Shown here: positions 1 through 13,551 of the stretch, piece after piece
Numbering within the stretch: position 1 is the stretch's first letter
How the letters are laid out: every line of letters begins with the position of its first letter
DNA from: Octopus vulgaris
Lineage: Eukaryota
Length of the DNA: 64,000 bases
Direction: 5' to 3'
Assembly (NCBI GenBank): GCA_951406725.2
Contig: OX597816.1
Location: 56,234,001 to 56,298,000 of the forward strand
The notes under the pieces: generated by a model
What the model was told of the DNA's origin: nothing
The model's input: the letters and a program-made list of their open reading frames with translations, nothing else
Databases searched by the model: none
Made by a program: the position numbers and the translations under genes

Positions 1-330
1 GTAGCGGACCTAAAACGTTCCTGGGAACGTGGTGACTTTGGTTTGGGGACTCCATCACTACAACATGTTGTTCTATTCGTAGAAATACGAATCAGTGTAG
101 AACTTTCAGGATTCCACATTTGAATTTTGAGGTAGGATTTTGGTCTACCCTGTCGAACACTTTACTGAAGCAAGATATGACGTCAGAGTTCGACCTGTTC
201 CCGTGTACATCTTCAATGGGTGTAAGAGTGTGTTAAACGTCTCACGCAAAGCATGTGATTTGAATTTAGGTTGTGGGCTCAGGAAGTCATATCCTTGATC
301 TTACACTCTTTCAAACATATATAGAGGTTG
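1..330 (-). mobile_element. Decayed RT fragment of a CR1-group LINE, related to 23478-24898
   Basis: Minus strand reads degenerate SNSDVI..FSKVFDRVD, QHVVV and VP..VLGPL, colinear with the intact ORF at 23564-24877; frameshifted. Confidence 0.7.
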
Positions 331-466
331 AAGGACTCGTTGATATATAGAGACTGGCGAAATCATATAATATATATAGTGAAGGTTATGTGCGATTTTG
401 TGTTGATCAGCTTCTGTTCCTCATCAATATCAGTGGAACACTGAAGACAGGCAATATTGTTTCTGA

Positions 467-763
<297 letters not shown>

Positions 764-1644
764 TATATATATACCAACTAAAATATATAGCTTAAATCAC
801 ATTTGAACGTGGCACTCAGAGTTGAGAACATGAAAACTACAGAGGAGACTGTAATAAGATGTTAGTGAACAGAACAGCACATTGCACTGCACCGCGGACC
901 CTCACCACACAAAACCTATTTAAAGCTCTATCTCATTGCAACTCCATTATCCAAAATCGCTTACAACTGCTCCACAATAGCGTAAGAGTCTATTATAGCG
1001 TGGCTATAAATATTTACACACACATACGCACTCACTTACACACATATACACAGACAAGTGCGGATACACACAGACACATGTACACTAACGCACTAAAACA
1101 ATTATCGCCGGCAGCTGTTTTATTTCCGCTTCTGCAGATGAAATCTTCAGATGTTATTAATATCATCAAAACAGACAATGATGCCATTAATTTAGATTGA
1201 ATGAGGCTCAGGGCTAGATGCCTCCAGAATGGCACAGGGAGATTTTGAAAACGTAAATTGACATTTGTTGTTGTTTGAATGAGTGTAGGTGAGATGGGAG
1301 GCTGCGTGTGTGTGTGTGTGAAGAACTTCATAGACAAGTGAGGTGGGGACTGAAATGAGAGAAGAAACCAGTTTCGTTTCCAAATTGAAAGATACTCGTT
1401 TTACCAAAATCCTATCGTCTCTAAATCTCCTTCTAAAATGCACAGAAGACGTGTAGGAGTAGCACACATCAATAATGATTGTTGCATTGGACATTTAACA
1501 CCTCCGCTTTTTATTTATTTTGTTCGGGAGTACGAGATAACCGATACGATGCTCCAAGTATATTACAGTGAAACATAAAGGAGAGTTATTCGGAAAAGCC
1601 ATAAAAAATTGCAAGGCACAAAAATACAAAGAACGGAATAAAAA

Positions 1645-1792
1645 AGACTCAGGGATGGATACGTGATAACACGTTTGCTTCCCAACAGCATGGTTCCGGG
1701 TTCAGTCCCATTGCGAGGTACCTTCTGCTATAATCACGGGCAAACCAAGGCCTTGTGTATGGGTTTGATAGACGGGAAGTAAATAAAGCTCG

Positions 1793-1839
<47 letters not shown>

Positions 1840-2135
1840 AGCGTGCGTGCGGGTGTGTGTGCGTGTGTGTACGTGTGTGTGCGAGCGTGCGTGCGTGGGT
1901 GCGTGTGTGTGTGTGTGTGTGTTTTTGTGTCCCACCACCGCTTCACGACCATGTTCGGTGTGTTTACGTCTCAGTAACTTAACAGTTCGGCAAATAAGGA
2001 GAGATAGAGTAATTACCAATCTTAAAAGAAAAATGTAACTACTGAGGTCGATTCGTTGGACTAAAATACTTCACAGTGCTGCCCTAGCATGGCCGCAGCC
2101 TAATGACTAAACGAAGGAAAATGTAAAAGGAAGGA
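1645..2135 (+). mobile_element. SINE family A (tRNA head, internal microsatellite), diverged copy
   Basis: tggttccgggttcagtccca head, internal (TG)n, tail agcatggccgcagcctaatgactaa; matches 35369-35848. Confidence 0.85.
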
Positions 2136-2289
2136 GATAAATAAAATACTGAGTGTTTTCTGCTCATTTATATATCGGACGTCACTGTTTCTTCTGATAA
2201 TTACTAATTACGCTAATTGTTAATAATAATTGATCTCTTAATGTGGAACGTCTCTGCGTTGAGAGTCACATTTCCTGTATCATGGACAT

Positions 2290-3360
2290 GTCGTTAGAAT
2301 GTCGTAGGAAAAGGGCGCAAAACAGATTCTTCAAGTGAAGCCAACGAGCAGTAGAAGTAGGGTGCAACAAGAACGAGGTGGCTGGATAAAACACCCATAG
2401 GCTGTATTGGTCACTCTTGGAACGTTTACTTTTGACAGAACCCAATGGACAAGGGACCTGAGGATTCTACCACCACAAACCTTTCAGGAATAGTGGCCGG
2501 ACGAAATGAATGGTCGGATGGATTAATGATAATGATTACTAATAATAAACTTAGTCTGTTTATGGTAAGATGCACAACAGCAACAACCGTAGTTACGTGG
2601 ATGATGCATTAATAAACTTCTTGTCTGTATTTCGAAACCCAATTCACATGAAATCCTGCGGCTGAGCTTTTTGAGTCTGATTACAAGAGTTGACGAACCA
2701 CTCGTCATTACACAAATCGCGCTTGAGTTTGATACAATAAATTCTAAAACAAAAGCATCTGAAAAACCAGGCGATCCCCACGATACAGTTTGAGAACAAT
2801 AAAGGCATAGAACTAACGAGAATGACAGACATAACAGCAAGATAACATTTAATACACGGCCTACCGTCCTAAAAGGAAGGACACACGTTATGTCGTTCTC
2901 AGGAGTCACTGCAGCCATGATATTCATCTCGTTACAATAAGTATCGCGTTTTTAAACACACATGCTTCCTCAGAGATTGTATCAAAGACAAATACCACAG
3001 TATCATGCCTGTCAACTGCGTATATAGATTCAGCATGATACACAGATGGTGGTTTTCAATTAATTCTGTTTCAATTGTATTTATCGGGGTTTTGTAAAGC
3101 CCAGAATTCTTTCACAGTACCAATGAGTATTTTATTCACTGTCTTTTATATATCGAAGCATGAAATCCGTTTAAACAGCTCGTAATTGGCAAGAAGCATT
3201 GAAAATCCTCAACGAAGGCAAACCATGCCGCCCATTCTCGCAAATCTCTACGCCGATATATTTTGTTTCTGACACTGTATATCAAATGAGGAGGATCTAT
3301 CATAGATAATTCCATGGCAGTATGCCTTTTAAATATGTATACGATACACAAATTGAGAGT
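2290..3360 (-). pseudogene. Possible P-element/THAP9-type transposase fossil
   Basis: IDPPHLIYSVRN resembles D(P/V)PHLLKxxRN; downstream SQTVS and LKNLFCAL (LENxFS-like) occur in the expected order; heavily disrupted. Confidence 0.4.
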
Positions 3361-3489
3361 TTAATTTAATGCTGTTTTAGTTGCTAGATATATCTGCAAA
3401 TATAGGTGGAAAGAAGTCGATCATAGGTCTACCCGGCAATAACAGAATCCCTTAAAATAAACAGCGACAATAATGTACTGATTATGGTT

Positions 3490-4165
3490 TTAATTTATCG
3501 ACACGGCAATACACCGAGGAGAATGTTTAGCAACATTTTGTCCTTCGCCATGTTCCTGGCTCACATTCCGCCGAGGTCGGCTCTGCCTTTCATCCTTTCG
3601 GGGTCGATAATTAAGTACCAGTGGAATACTGGGGTCGATATAATCGACTAGTCCCCCTCCCCCACAAATTTGAGGCCTTGTGCCTCCAATAGAAAGGGTA
3701 ATTATCAGCCGGCGTGCTGGCAGAATCGTTAGCACGGCGGGCAAAATGCTTAGCGATATTTAGCCCGTCGCTACGTTCTGAGTCCAAATTCCACCGAAGT
3801 CGACTTTGCCTTTCATTCTTTTGGCGTCGATTAAATATGTACCAGTGAAAAACTGGGGTCGATGTAATCGACTAGTCCCCTCCCCCACAAATTTCAGGCC
3901 TTGTGCCTATTGTAGAAAGGATTATTTTTATTGTTAAGGTGGCGAGCTTGCCGAACCGTTAACACGCTGGTCAAAGTGTTAAGCCTGGTACTTTACGTCT
4001 GGTACTTTACGTTCTGCGTTCAAATGCTACCAATGTCAGCTCTGCCTTTCAGCCTTTCGAGGTCAACAGAATAAAGTACCAGTCATTTACTGGGATCGAT
4101 GCAATCAACTTACCCCTCCCCTCAGTCTCGCTGGTGTTGTGCCAAACCTTGAAACCCTTATTGCT
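3490..4165 (+). mobile_element. Three tandem SINE family B copies
   Basis: Repeated gcctttcatcctttcggggtcgataa..aagtaccagt..ctggggtcgat core starting at about 3490, 3707 and 3937. Confidence 0.85.
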
Positions 4166-4590
4166 ATTATTTTGACAGAGGGTAAACTGGATGAGACATT
4201 TCGAAAACGATGCCTGACACCATGGGGGTTTTACTTGGAACATGGAACAAACAAGTCAACGCCCCAGATTACATTTTCTACCGAAAACTTACCTTAATCT
4301 AGGGGAAGTATCAGGCCTACAGTTGCATTCTGAGAGTCAGTGGCGCTTACGTTTCAGAAATCAACCGGGAAGGAGCGCTCGTATCTCTTCACCCTTAGCG
4401 ATGAATCTGATAATTCCTCGGTCCGAGAAGGAAAGCTCTGCCTTTGTCCAGCATGGAGTTTTTTGGGGGTTTTTTTTATCAACATTGCTGGTGCGATTAC
4501 ATTTCTGTGGTTGGAATATCATAAAGAAGAATTATCTGACTGCTGTGTGGTGACTCTCATTCATTTATTTCGTTAACTGAACTCTAGATA

Positions 4591-5009
4591 TTCTTTCTTT
4601 TATTCTTTTCTTTTATTCTTTTACTTGTTTCAGTCATTTGACTGCGGCCATGCTGGAGCACCGCCTTTAGTCGAGCAAATCGACCCCGGGACTTATTCTT
4701 TGTAAGCCCAGTACTTATTCTATCGGTCTCTTTTTGCCGAACCGCTAAGTGACGGGGACGTAAACACACCAGCATCGGTTGTCAAGCAATGCTAGGGGGA
4801 CAAACACAGACACACAAACACACACACATATATATATATATACATATATACGACAGGCTTCTTTCAGTTTCCATCTACCGAATCCACTCACAAGGCATTG
4901 GTCAGCCCGGGGCTATAGCAGAAGACACTTGCCCAAGATGCCACGCAGTGGGACTGAACCCGGAACCATGTGGTTGGTTAGCAAGCTACTTACCACACAG
5001 CCACTCCTG
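4591..5009 (-). mobile_element. SINE family A, full-length young copy
   Basis: Near-identical to 26061-26479, 30077-30523 and 35369-35848; tRNA-like A/B boxes, internal (TA/CA)n, purine-rich repeat tail. Confidence 0.93.
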
Positions 5010-5847
5010 AAAAAACCAAACTCTTGTTGTCGTTATATCGGCTTTCACAACCGCTTCCAAGTTGGTTAACGATGTAATTGTAGCGACGGAACTCCAGCTG
5101 AGACATAGAAATGAATGGTTGAAGCGTTCCTCGCTAGTACACTTCATTGATAGACCATCATCTCACAGTTTCTTATTTCTCATCATCCAGCCAACCAACC
5201 ATATCACTGACTATTGTTCACTGCGGACATCATTCATGAAAAAGTTGATGGTATGGCTTTTAACTCGACAAAAATCAATAATTCCAATTAATATTGAAAT
5301 AACAATTTCTAAAATGCTATTGAAATTCTCGAGTTGTCGCCATCTTCGTGTATCCACAGATGCTGCCCTCATCGTCACCGTTGTCATCAGCCGTGTTGCC
5401 GTTGATGTTGTTGTTGTTGTTGTTATTGATGGTAATAATGTTAGTGTTGTAGATGGCGTTGTTGTTTCTGTTATTATTGTATTCTTGTTGTTGTTGTTTT
5501 TTGTGTTGTTATTTTTATTGTTATTGTTGTTAACAGCGCTGCTCTTATTATCTTTGTTTTTCATGATGCTGTTGTCGCCATGTTCCTGTTTATCCTCCTC
5601 TTCGGCCTGATTACTTTACCGTTAAAAAGAAATGAGGTTACAATTTAAAGCAAACGCTGAAGTACATTCCACTAGAGGGAGAATTGTATTGTGACAGGGC
5701 AACATTCTCTTCCAACAAACAGACTGCACCCTCTGCTTTAGCTTAAACATTAATCTTGTACCCGAAAGCCTGCTCTAGATACATTACGTCAGCTCCTTTA
5801 ACGTCGCTCAGACATTTAACGTTACGGAAATTTCACACGAGCACATA

Positions 5848-6358
5848 TCGTCGTCGTCGTCGTCGTCTTCTTCTTCTTCTTCTTCTTCTTCTTCTTCTTC
5901 TTCTTCTTCTTCTTCTTCTTCTTCCTCCTTCTTCTTCTTCTTCCTCTCCTTCTTCTCCTTCTTCTTCTTCTTCTTCTCCTTCTTCTTCTTCTTTTCTTCT
6001 TCTTCTTCTTCTTCTTCTTCTTCTTCTTCTTCTTCTTCTTCTTCTTCTTCTTCTTCTTCTTCTTCTTCTTCTTCTTCTTCTTCTTCTTCTTCTTCTTCTT
6101 CTTCTTCTTTTTCTTCTTCTTCTTCTCCTTCTTCTTCTTCCTCTCCTTCTTCTCCTTCTTCTTCTTCTTCTTCTTCTTGTTCTTCTTCTTCTCCTTCTTC
6201 TTCTTCTTCCTCTCCTTCTTCTCCTTCTTCTTCTTCTTCTTCTTGTTCTTCTTCTTCTCCTTCTTCTTCTTCTTCTTCTTCTTCTTCTCCTCCTCCTTCT
6301 TCTCCTTCTTCTTCTTCTTCTTCTCCTTCTTCTTCTTCTTCTTCTTCTTCTCCTTCTT

Positions 6359-6427
<69 letters not shown>

Positions 6428-6876
6428 GAGTGAGCGAGCAGAGCATGCCATCAAAGTGACACTGGGGTAAAATATGCAAAGCCCAGTATACCCATCATGA
6501 CTACCCGTCTGATAAGGGTACACCAGGCACATTCATCACAACCATATGTGCGCGACATGGTGATCTCATATCAAGATAAACAGCACATGACCTTGCAGGT
6601 GGAGCCTTCTCCTTCTTCTTCTTCTTCTTCTTTTTCTTCTTCTTCTTCCTCTCCTTCTTCTCCTTCTTCTTCTTCTTCTTCTTCTTCTTGTTCTTCTTCT
6701 TCTCCTTCTTCTTCTTCTTCCTCTCCTTCTTCTCCTTCTTCTTCTTCTTCTTCTTCTTCTTCTTCTTCTCCTTCTCCTTCTTCTTCTTCTTCTTCTTCTT
6801 CTCCTCCTCCTTCTTCTCCTTCTTCTTCTTCTTCTTCTTCTCCTTCTTCTTTCTTCTTCTTCTTCTTCTCCTTCTT

Positions 6877-6945
<69 letters not shown>
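5848..6945. repeat. Compound (CGT)n/(CTT)n/(TTA)n microsatellite field, interrupted at 6428-6606
   Basis: Direct reading; source of the poly-K/L/S/E ORFs. Confidence 0.95.
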
Positions 6946-7406
6946 GAGTGAGCGAGCAGAGCATGCCATCAAAGTGACACTGGGGTAAAATATGCGAAGC
7001 CCAGTATACCCATCATGACTACCCGTCTGATAAGGGTACACCAGGCACATTCATCACAACCATATGTGCGCGACATGGTGATCTCATATCAAGATAAACA
7101 GCACATGACCTTGCAGGTGGAGCCCAGTTAGAATTTTCTTCAGATCGAGTAACCCATCCCGCTCAAAAGGTCCCTGAATAAGGGTTGTTTAAGGACGTTG
7201 AACGAAACACCCATGTTTCCAGAGGTGAATTATTCAAACCCCAAAGAATCCTTCTCAACACATGGCTATGATGCTCCCCTACTACTTCTGCTCGTGATCA
7301 GAGATGCACATATCGTCAGCCACTAAGGGACATGCTCAACTGGTTAAGGTCAAACAACTGACAAGCAAATCTGTAGTATTGAGCAGAATATTTGCTGTAG
7401 CCCATC
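6946..7406. mobile_element. Non-coding interspersed element embedded in (TTA)n, possibly a Dong/R4-type UTR; partial duplicate at 6428-6606
   Basis: Flanked on both sides by (TTA)n; its first ~180 bp recur 518 bp upstream. Confidence 0.55.
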
Positions 7407-7897
7407 ATTATTATTATTATTATTATTCATGACCAGAAGATATTTCGGCTCCTATTCCGTTGATTCTTCTCTACAAACACTGGTAAGAACCGCATTAGAG
7501 TCCTGCAGCTCACAAACACGACAATGTTACTGCTACATAAACAAACATCTTAGACTGTATCAAATAGGAGGGCCGCTTATGGCTTGATAAGTAAAAGGTC
7601 ATCACCTATGGCCTTTGCAGGTTATTTCCTCTGTGACTGGACAGAATACCGAAAGGAAATCATGATTCATTGGAAAAGTGCAGTAGGACGGGCCGTATCA
7701 AGATAACCTCATGCTCAAAACCTGGTTCGAGGATATTTGTAACAGAAGGGACTCCACTGAAGACATCCAGTGGAGAGATGATGGTGTCAACATCCAGAGG
7801 TCAGTCGCTGATGGGTTATGACATCCAGTGATAACATCCAGGTGTTACTCTGGGAGATGCTATCACCTATAAAGGGATACAATCTAACACTCTCGAG

Positions 7898-8057
7898 TTT
7901 CTTCAATCTGTCTGCCTGGTCAATGTTACCTAAAAGGTTTTGGTTCAAACTGAGGCTATATTAAAAGCCACAGGACCAATATGCCCTGCAGGAGAATCGA
8001 ATCTGGAATCGTGTGATTGCCAAGCAAACTTCTTAACCACACATCAATGCCTGCACA
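7898..8057 (-). mobile_element. Degenerate SINE family A 5' half
   Basis: gaggctata..gaatctggaatcgtgtgattgccaagcaaacttcttaaccacac matches the family A head. Confidence 0.6.
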
Positions 8058-8381
8058 AATATAACTGGGTTAACTACACAGATATACCGACAACCATTTG
8101 GTTGATTAACAATGAGCCACACACACACACGCACACGCACACTACAGCCACTGGTTAAGGGTTTGCACAGACTCCTTTTTATATGTTTTCTAAACCTGCC
8201 TCAATAAATCTTCGCCCTTACATTACGATACAGACACAATTAGACCCACCAAATTTCAACAATCCATCTGTATCATTTGGGGCTGTTGTTGGTCACCATT
8301 TCTCTGCTTTTATCCTTTTACCCAAACTCCCAACTAAACTCATCTACATTTCTTTTCCTCCACATCTGCAACATTCCAGCT

Positions 8382-8622
8382 CAATGGTTTCCAAACAGGG
8401 TCCACATGGCCCTTGGCGACCATTTGAGATTTTGTTGTTAAAATTTACTTCTACAATGCCCAAAATATTTTATTAATTTAAATCTGCGATTCCTATTAAT
8501 ATTTAGTTATGGAAACAGAGTAGGATTTTTTAAAACATAGAATGGCTATGGGGTGGGAACGTCCACCTGAGTGAAATAAGAATGGAAGGGTCCCAGAGGC
8601 AAAACTTGGTTGAGAAACGCTG
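8382..8622. mobile_element. Possible hAT (Charlie-like) MITE
   Basis: Ends CAATGGTTTCCAAAC and GGTTGAGAAACGCTG resemble CAGTGGTTCTCAACC-type TIRs; no clear 8-bp TSD. Confidence 0.35.
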
Positions 8623-9536
8623 TTGTTGAAAAATGTTCTGCTTCTTTAATCCGTAAAAGACTAGACACCATGGCAACTCCATAAAAGTCACAAATTTAAG
8701 AAAACCTGCAAATATCGTGGCCACCACCTCCCATCCATTCCAAATTTACTGAAGAATACACTGTCCTAACCTTATTCAAAATTAAAGGTTGTTTTCGGAA
8801 TCACTTCAGTTAAGTTATACTTTTGGTTTATCGTTATATTTACTGAAATTGTATAGGTCTTCGTTTCTCTTCTGTTGGTTACAAAAAAACAGTCAGAATG
8901 AAATGCCATACAGTTATACTTGCTATACAATCATACATCTATATAATCATACATGCTGATGCTATACAGTTATACAATGATATGCTACCAACGTTATCTC
9001 TTTCCTACTGTATGTTGATTTATAACCTAGTCACCAGACCTGTAATTTTCCGAAACTCAATAATCGCGTTAATTGTCGCCAGAAACACCAGAATATTTTA
9101 TGATTATGCCATTTGTTTTGGGATTGTGATATACAGCTAAAGGACCAAATTCTTAAAAGCTTCAGCAGCATCGAGCGTACAAACTTCAAAGTTGGTGCAG
9201 TGGAGACATGCAGCCTGTTTCCAAATATTAACAAAAACTATTTTAAATAATGGATTACGGTGGTATCTCACCTTTATCCAACCGTGACTATCACCTGATT
9301 ATATACAGTGTACACTGTCGTAAGATGTAGAATAATTGATTCTTTATGCCGAGATCTACCAAAGGTCGTGCTATCGAAATCAAATATTTCTGGAGAATAT
9401 TTGTTGGTTCCTGGGAAATTACTGGTTTATGATGGACCATGAACAAATACATAACTTTACATACATGTATGTGTGTGTATGAGTGATATGTGTATCTGTG
9501 TGTGTGTATGTATGTATATGTGTATTGAGATATCTA

Positions 9537-9871
9537 GACCCCCTTCGGTCATGAATGACCATGGGATTGCACCTAGAAAGTTACCCTCCTAGACACAAGC
9601 CCGGGCACGGTTGTTTATGGAAGACCAGCAGTCGCCCATGCATACCAGTCTCCCCTCTCCACGCCACCAGTGTTATCCAATGGAAAGACAAAGGTCGATA
9701 CAGCTTGGCACCAGTGACGCCGCAACTCATTTCTACAGCTGAGTGAACTGGAGCAACGTGAAATAAAGTGCCTTGCTCAAGAACACAAGACCCAGCCCGG
9801 TCCGGGATTCGAGCTCACAACCTCACGATCGTAAGCTCGACGCTCTAACCACTGAATCATGCGCCTTCACA
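9537..9871 (-). mobile_element. SINE family C (tRNA head, CORE-like cttgagcaag..cactcagctg region)
   Basis: A box tggttagagc and B box ctcgaatccc on the minus strand; homologous to 56360-56680. Confidence 0.9.
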
Positions 9872-10517
9872 ATTTGAGATATGTGTGCCAATATCTTACA
9901 TATATATGTCTTTGATTGATGTATTTCTGAAAGATCACTTATTTCCTGAGAGCTGTGTTTTGTCGTAAATCACATTTATGGTCTGCGTGTAGGAAAGGCG
10001 AGGCAGAAACTACATCCCTCCTCTAATATGAATAAACAGCACAGCATCGTAGTTCACTGTTAGTAAACCATCCTTAATACTACGGTATAATTACATCGAT
10101 CATTGATCTGTAGATTTAATGGAATATATAAAAAAAATTTTTTCTAGACGTGTTAAAGCACACCACAAGTTGCTGCCGCAAAAACAATTTTAATTAATCA
10201 TCTCCGAATGGGTTGGCTAAAGCAGAACTTTTAACCGAATGCTTTGTGTTTTAGTATAAATCATAGCAGTGAGCTTCCATTAATGTGTTTTTTCTTTCAA
10301 AACCAGATTGAATTCCTCAACTGGATTACTGCAGCGTTATTTTGATGGTGCTTCGTTAATTGTAAGTATTAAGAATGAACATGGGAAAAGTGATCTAAAT
10401 TACAGACGAGAAATGTTGAATCTGATCTTGTATAGAACAGATCGGTTACAAATCACGATTTTGTTATTTTAAGTTGGTTCTTAAACCGACCGATCATTTG
10501 TTGGCTTCTCTCTTATA

Positions 10518-10589
<72 letters not shown>

Positions 10590-10794
10590 GCTAGTTATGT
10601 GCGTATATATAACATCATATATCTCTCTGCGTGTACATATATATTAAAACATACCAATCTACCTACCTATATACATTATTTATTTCCATTTTGGAAATAT
10701 TAGAATATACCTACTTACACACGTACAAATAAACATACATGCATACCTAGATTCGTGTATACGTAGTACATATATATGAACATAGATACGTATT

Positions 10795-11170
<376 letters not shown>

Positions 11171-12267
11171 TCGTATTGTTTTATAAAGTTTGCTATTGCT
11201 AGTAAGAGGTGATATTGCATTGACACGAAAACATCACATGTGAAGTATCTTGTTACCGGAACCAGGTGACATTACTGCCCTCGTGTGGTTAGTGCCGGAA
11301 GGAAAGAATCATCACGTACGATGGAAACATTTGAAGCTAGAACATGGCAGTTTCGAAATATTGTGGCATCGGAAATTAGATCGATCGACTTTTTGAGCGT
11401 TTTGGTAGAAAAGAAAAATGGGTGAAACAATACGAAAGAAAGAAAGAACGGATGGAAGGAAGGAAGAGTAGGTCATGTAGTAACGTAAAGGTGTTAGATT
11501 CTAAGGGCCCTTGCCTATCACAAGTGAATGGATTTATTAAGCTGAAGTCGCGTTTAAAATTTTGATATTACAAGAGGAAGGTCAGTGGTTTAGGTCAGGA
11601 GATTTATGTATTGTGTCCATGCAAGGACAAGTTCATAATAACCTGGTAACCTGGTAAAATATTGATACGGTTGCTACCTCCTACTACAAGTACCGCTACT
11701 AAAACTTTTATTACAACTGCTAGTAGTGATGGTGGTGGTAGTAGTGGTGGTGGTGGTGTTGGTGTTGGTGCTAATGATGGTGGTGGTGGTGGTGGTGGTG
11801 GTGGTGGTGGTGGTGGTTTCGCGGCGGCAGTGGTGGTGGCGGTGGCGGTGGTTCTAATTGCACGTGATAAATTCCTAACCACAAACCAACGAAAATATAA
11901 TACATGGTAATACAAAATAAAGTAATATATAACAAAGCAATCGCGCCCCCCACATCGCTTCCGGTTATCCAATCAGCAGAAGGTTTGAATATATCTGCAG
12001 ACATGACGATGTAGGCAGTTTTATCGAGTTGGCATTGTGCCGATGCGTCCTAATTAAAACCGAGAATGAATTGCATAAAAACACAACAAATAATCGGTAA
12101 AGTGTGACTGCTAGCATAGAGGACAGGAAGACCAACGCGAACTGTCAGGAGAAACCTCAATTCTTCACCCCAAAATGGAAATAAATTTTCGGGGTTAGGA
12201 AAGTAGAAGGATCGGGTAATATAAAAACGAAAGATTCAGGTGAAAAGAGTAAAATTATATTATATTA

Positions 12268-12500
12268 AAGGCGGCGAGCTGGCAGACACGTTAGCGCGCC
12301 GGGCGAAATGCGTAGCCGTATTTCGTCTGCCGCTACGTTCTGAGTTCAAATTCCGCCGAGGTCGACTTTGCCTTTCATCCTTTCGGGGTCGATAAATTAA
12401 GTACCAGTTACGCACTGGGATCGATGTAATCGACTTAATCCGTTTGTCTGTCCTTGTTTGTCCCCTCTGTGTTTAGTCCCTTGTGGGTAGTAAAGAAATA
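12268..12500 (+). mobile_element. SINE family B, full-length young copy (Meta-domain-like core)
   Basis: aaggcggcgagctggcag head, gagttcaaattcc B box, gcctttcatcctttcggggtcgataaattaagtaccag core. Confidence 0.92.
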
Positions 12501-12639
12501 TATATTAATAAGTAAAAATTACATCATCACCTTTCTTGCCGTTGTCATCAACATCATCATCATCCTCGTCATTTCCATCATCACCACCGTCGTCATCATC
12601 TTCATCATCCTCTTCATCGTCATCCTTATTGCGTGTCAT

Positions 12640-12930
12640 CTGTTTTCAACAGGTTGAATATCAAGGATCTCCATTCTTACACATTCACCATATGAGAGTT
12701 TAGTCACGTCGTCCTTTTTGTTATCAAACCAGATAGTTCTTGATCTCCCCCTCCAGCCTTTGTATTTATCTTTCATTCAGTAATGGTGTTAGTATGACTT
12801 GCACTCTTACAACCTAAACAAAGTACTTTTGTATCATTTCTTTAATAGCTTGGAGTAATCATCATTATTGCATTTGCCAGTTGCAGCATTTCTTCATTAG
12901 CTTTATATTTTGTCCAAGATATTCTTAACA
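12640..12930 (-). mobile_element. RTE-clade LINE 3' fragment, decayed
   Basis: Minus strand RMLRISWT..ANEEMLQLA matches the C-terminal motif of RTE ORFs. Confidence 0.6.
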
Positions 12931-13551
12931 TTCTTAACATAAGATACGTCGGAACCGCTGTCCTTCATTCTTTCCTCAAAATACTCAAAACAGGTTAAAT
13001 TAACTATTCTCACTGCCCATTTCCACCTACTTTCAACGCAAGACTGAATCTGCCAACAAACACCAAGCAAAATATATTAAATGCCGAGTTAAAAAGCAAC
13101 AGATCTTCGCAGATTGTTGCTGCTCGCGTTTCATGTTTTTAGAAAAGAAGCCATTCATTGTTTTGAGATTTTGGTTACTATGGAGAAGGTAACATCTATA
13201 ATTCGATATGCCAGCAACATAAGCTCTTAGCTTGAGTAGGATGCCTTACAAAATTTATCAGTTTTTGTAATAATATTTCACAAAAATTTTCGCACAAATC
13301 CTGACAGAAGACAAACCAAATTCGAAATAATAATACAAGACATTACACTATAATGTGGTCATATCTAATGACATCAGTTTGACATTTGCTTGCTGTTGTT
13401 GTTTAGCCTTATCGAGTAAGCGTATGGACATAGGTGTAAAAACCATGTTTATGCCGTGTTTTTCAAAATGCAGTCAGGGTTGTTGATGGCAGAATCTTTA
13501 GAGAACTGAACAAAATACCTTGCTGCACTTTTTCTAGGCCTTTCCTTTCTA

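Noticed and set aside
4179-4560. Possible exon (acceptor ttttgacag at 4178; minus-strand donor AAGGTAAGT near 4290)
   Set aside because: No matched splice pair with an open, recognisable frame
7690-7880. Repeated acatccag motifs plus TATAAA, suggestive of a solo LTR
   Set aside because: No TG..CA ends, TSD or partner LTR identified
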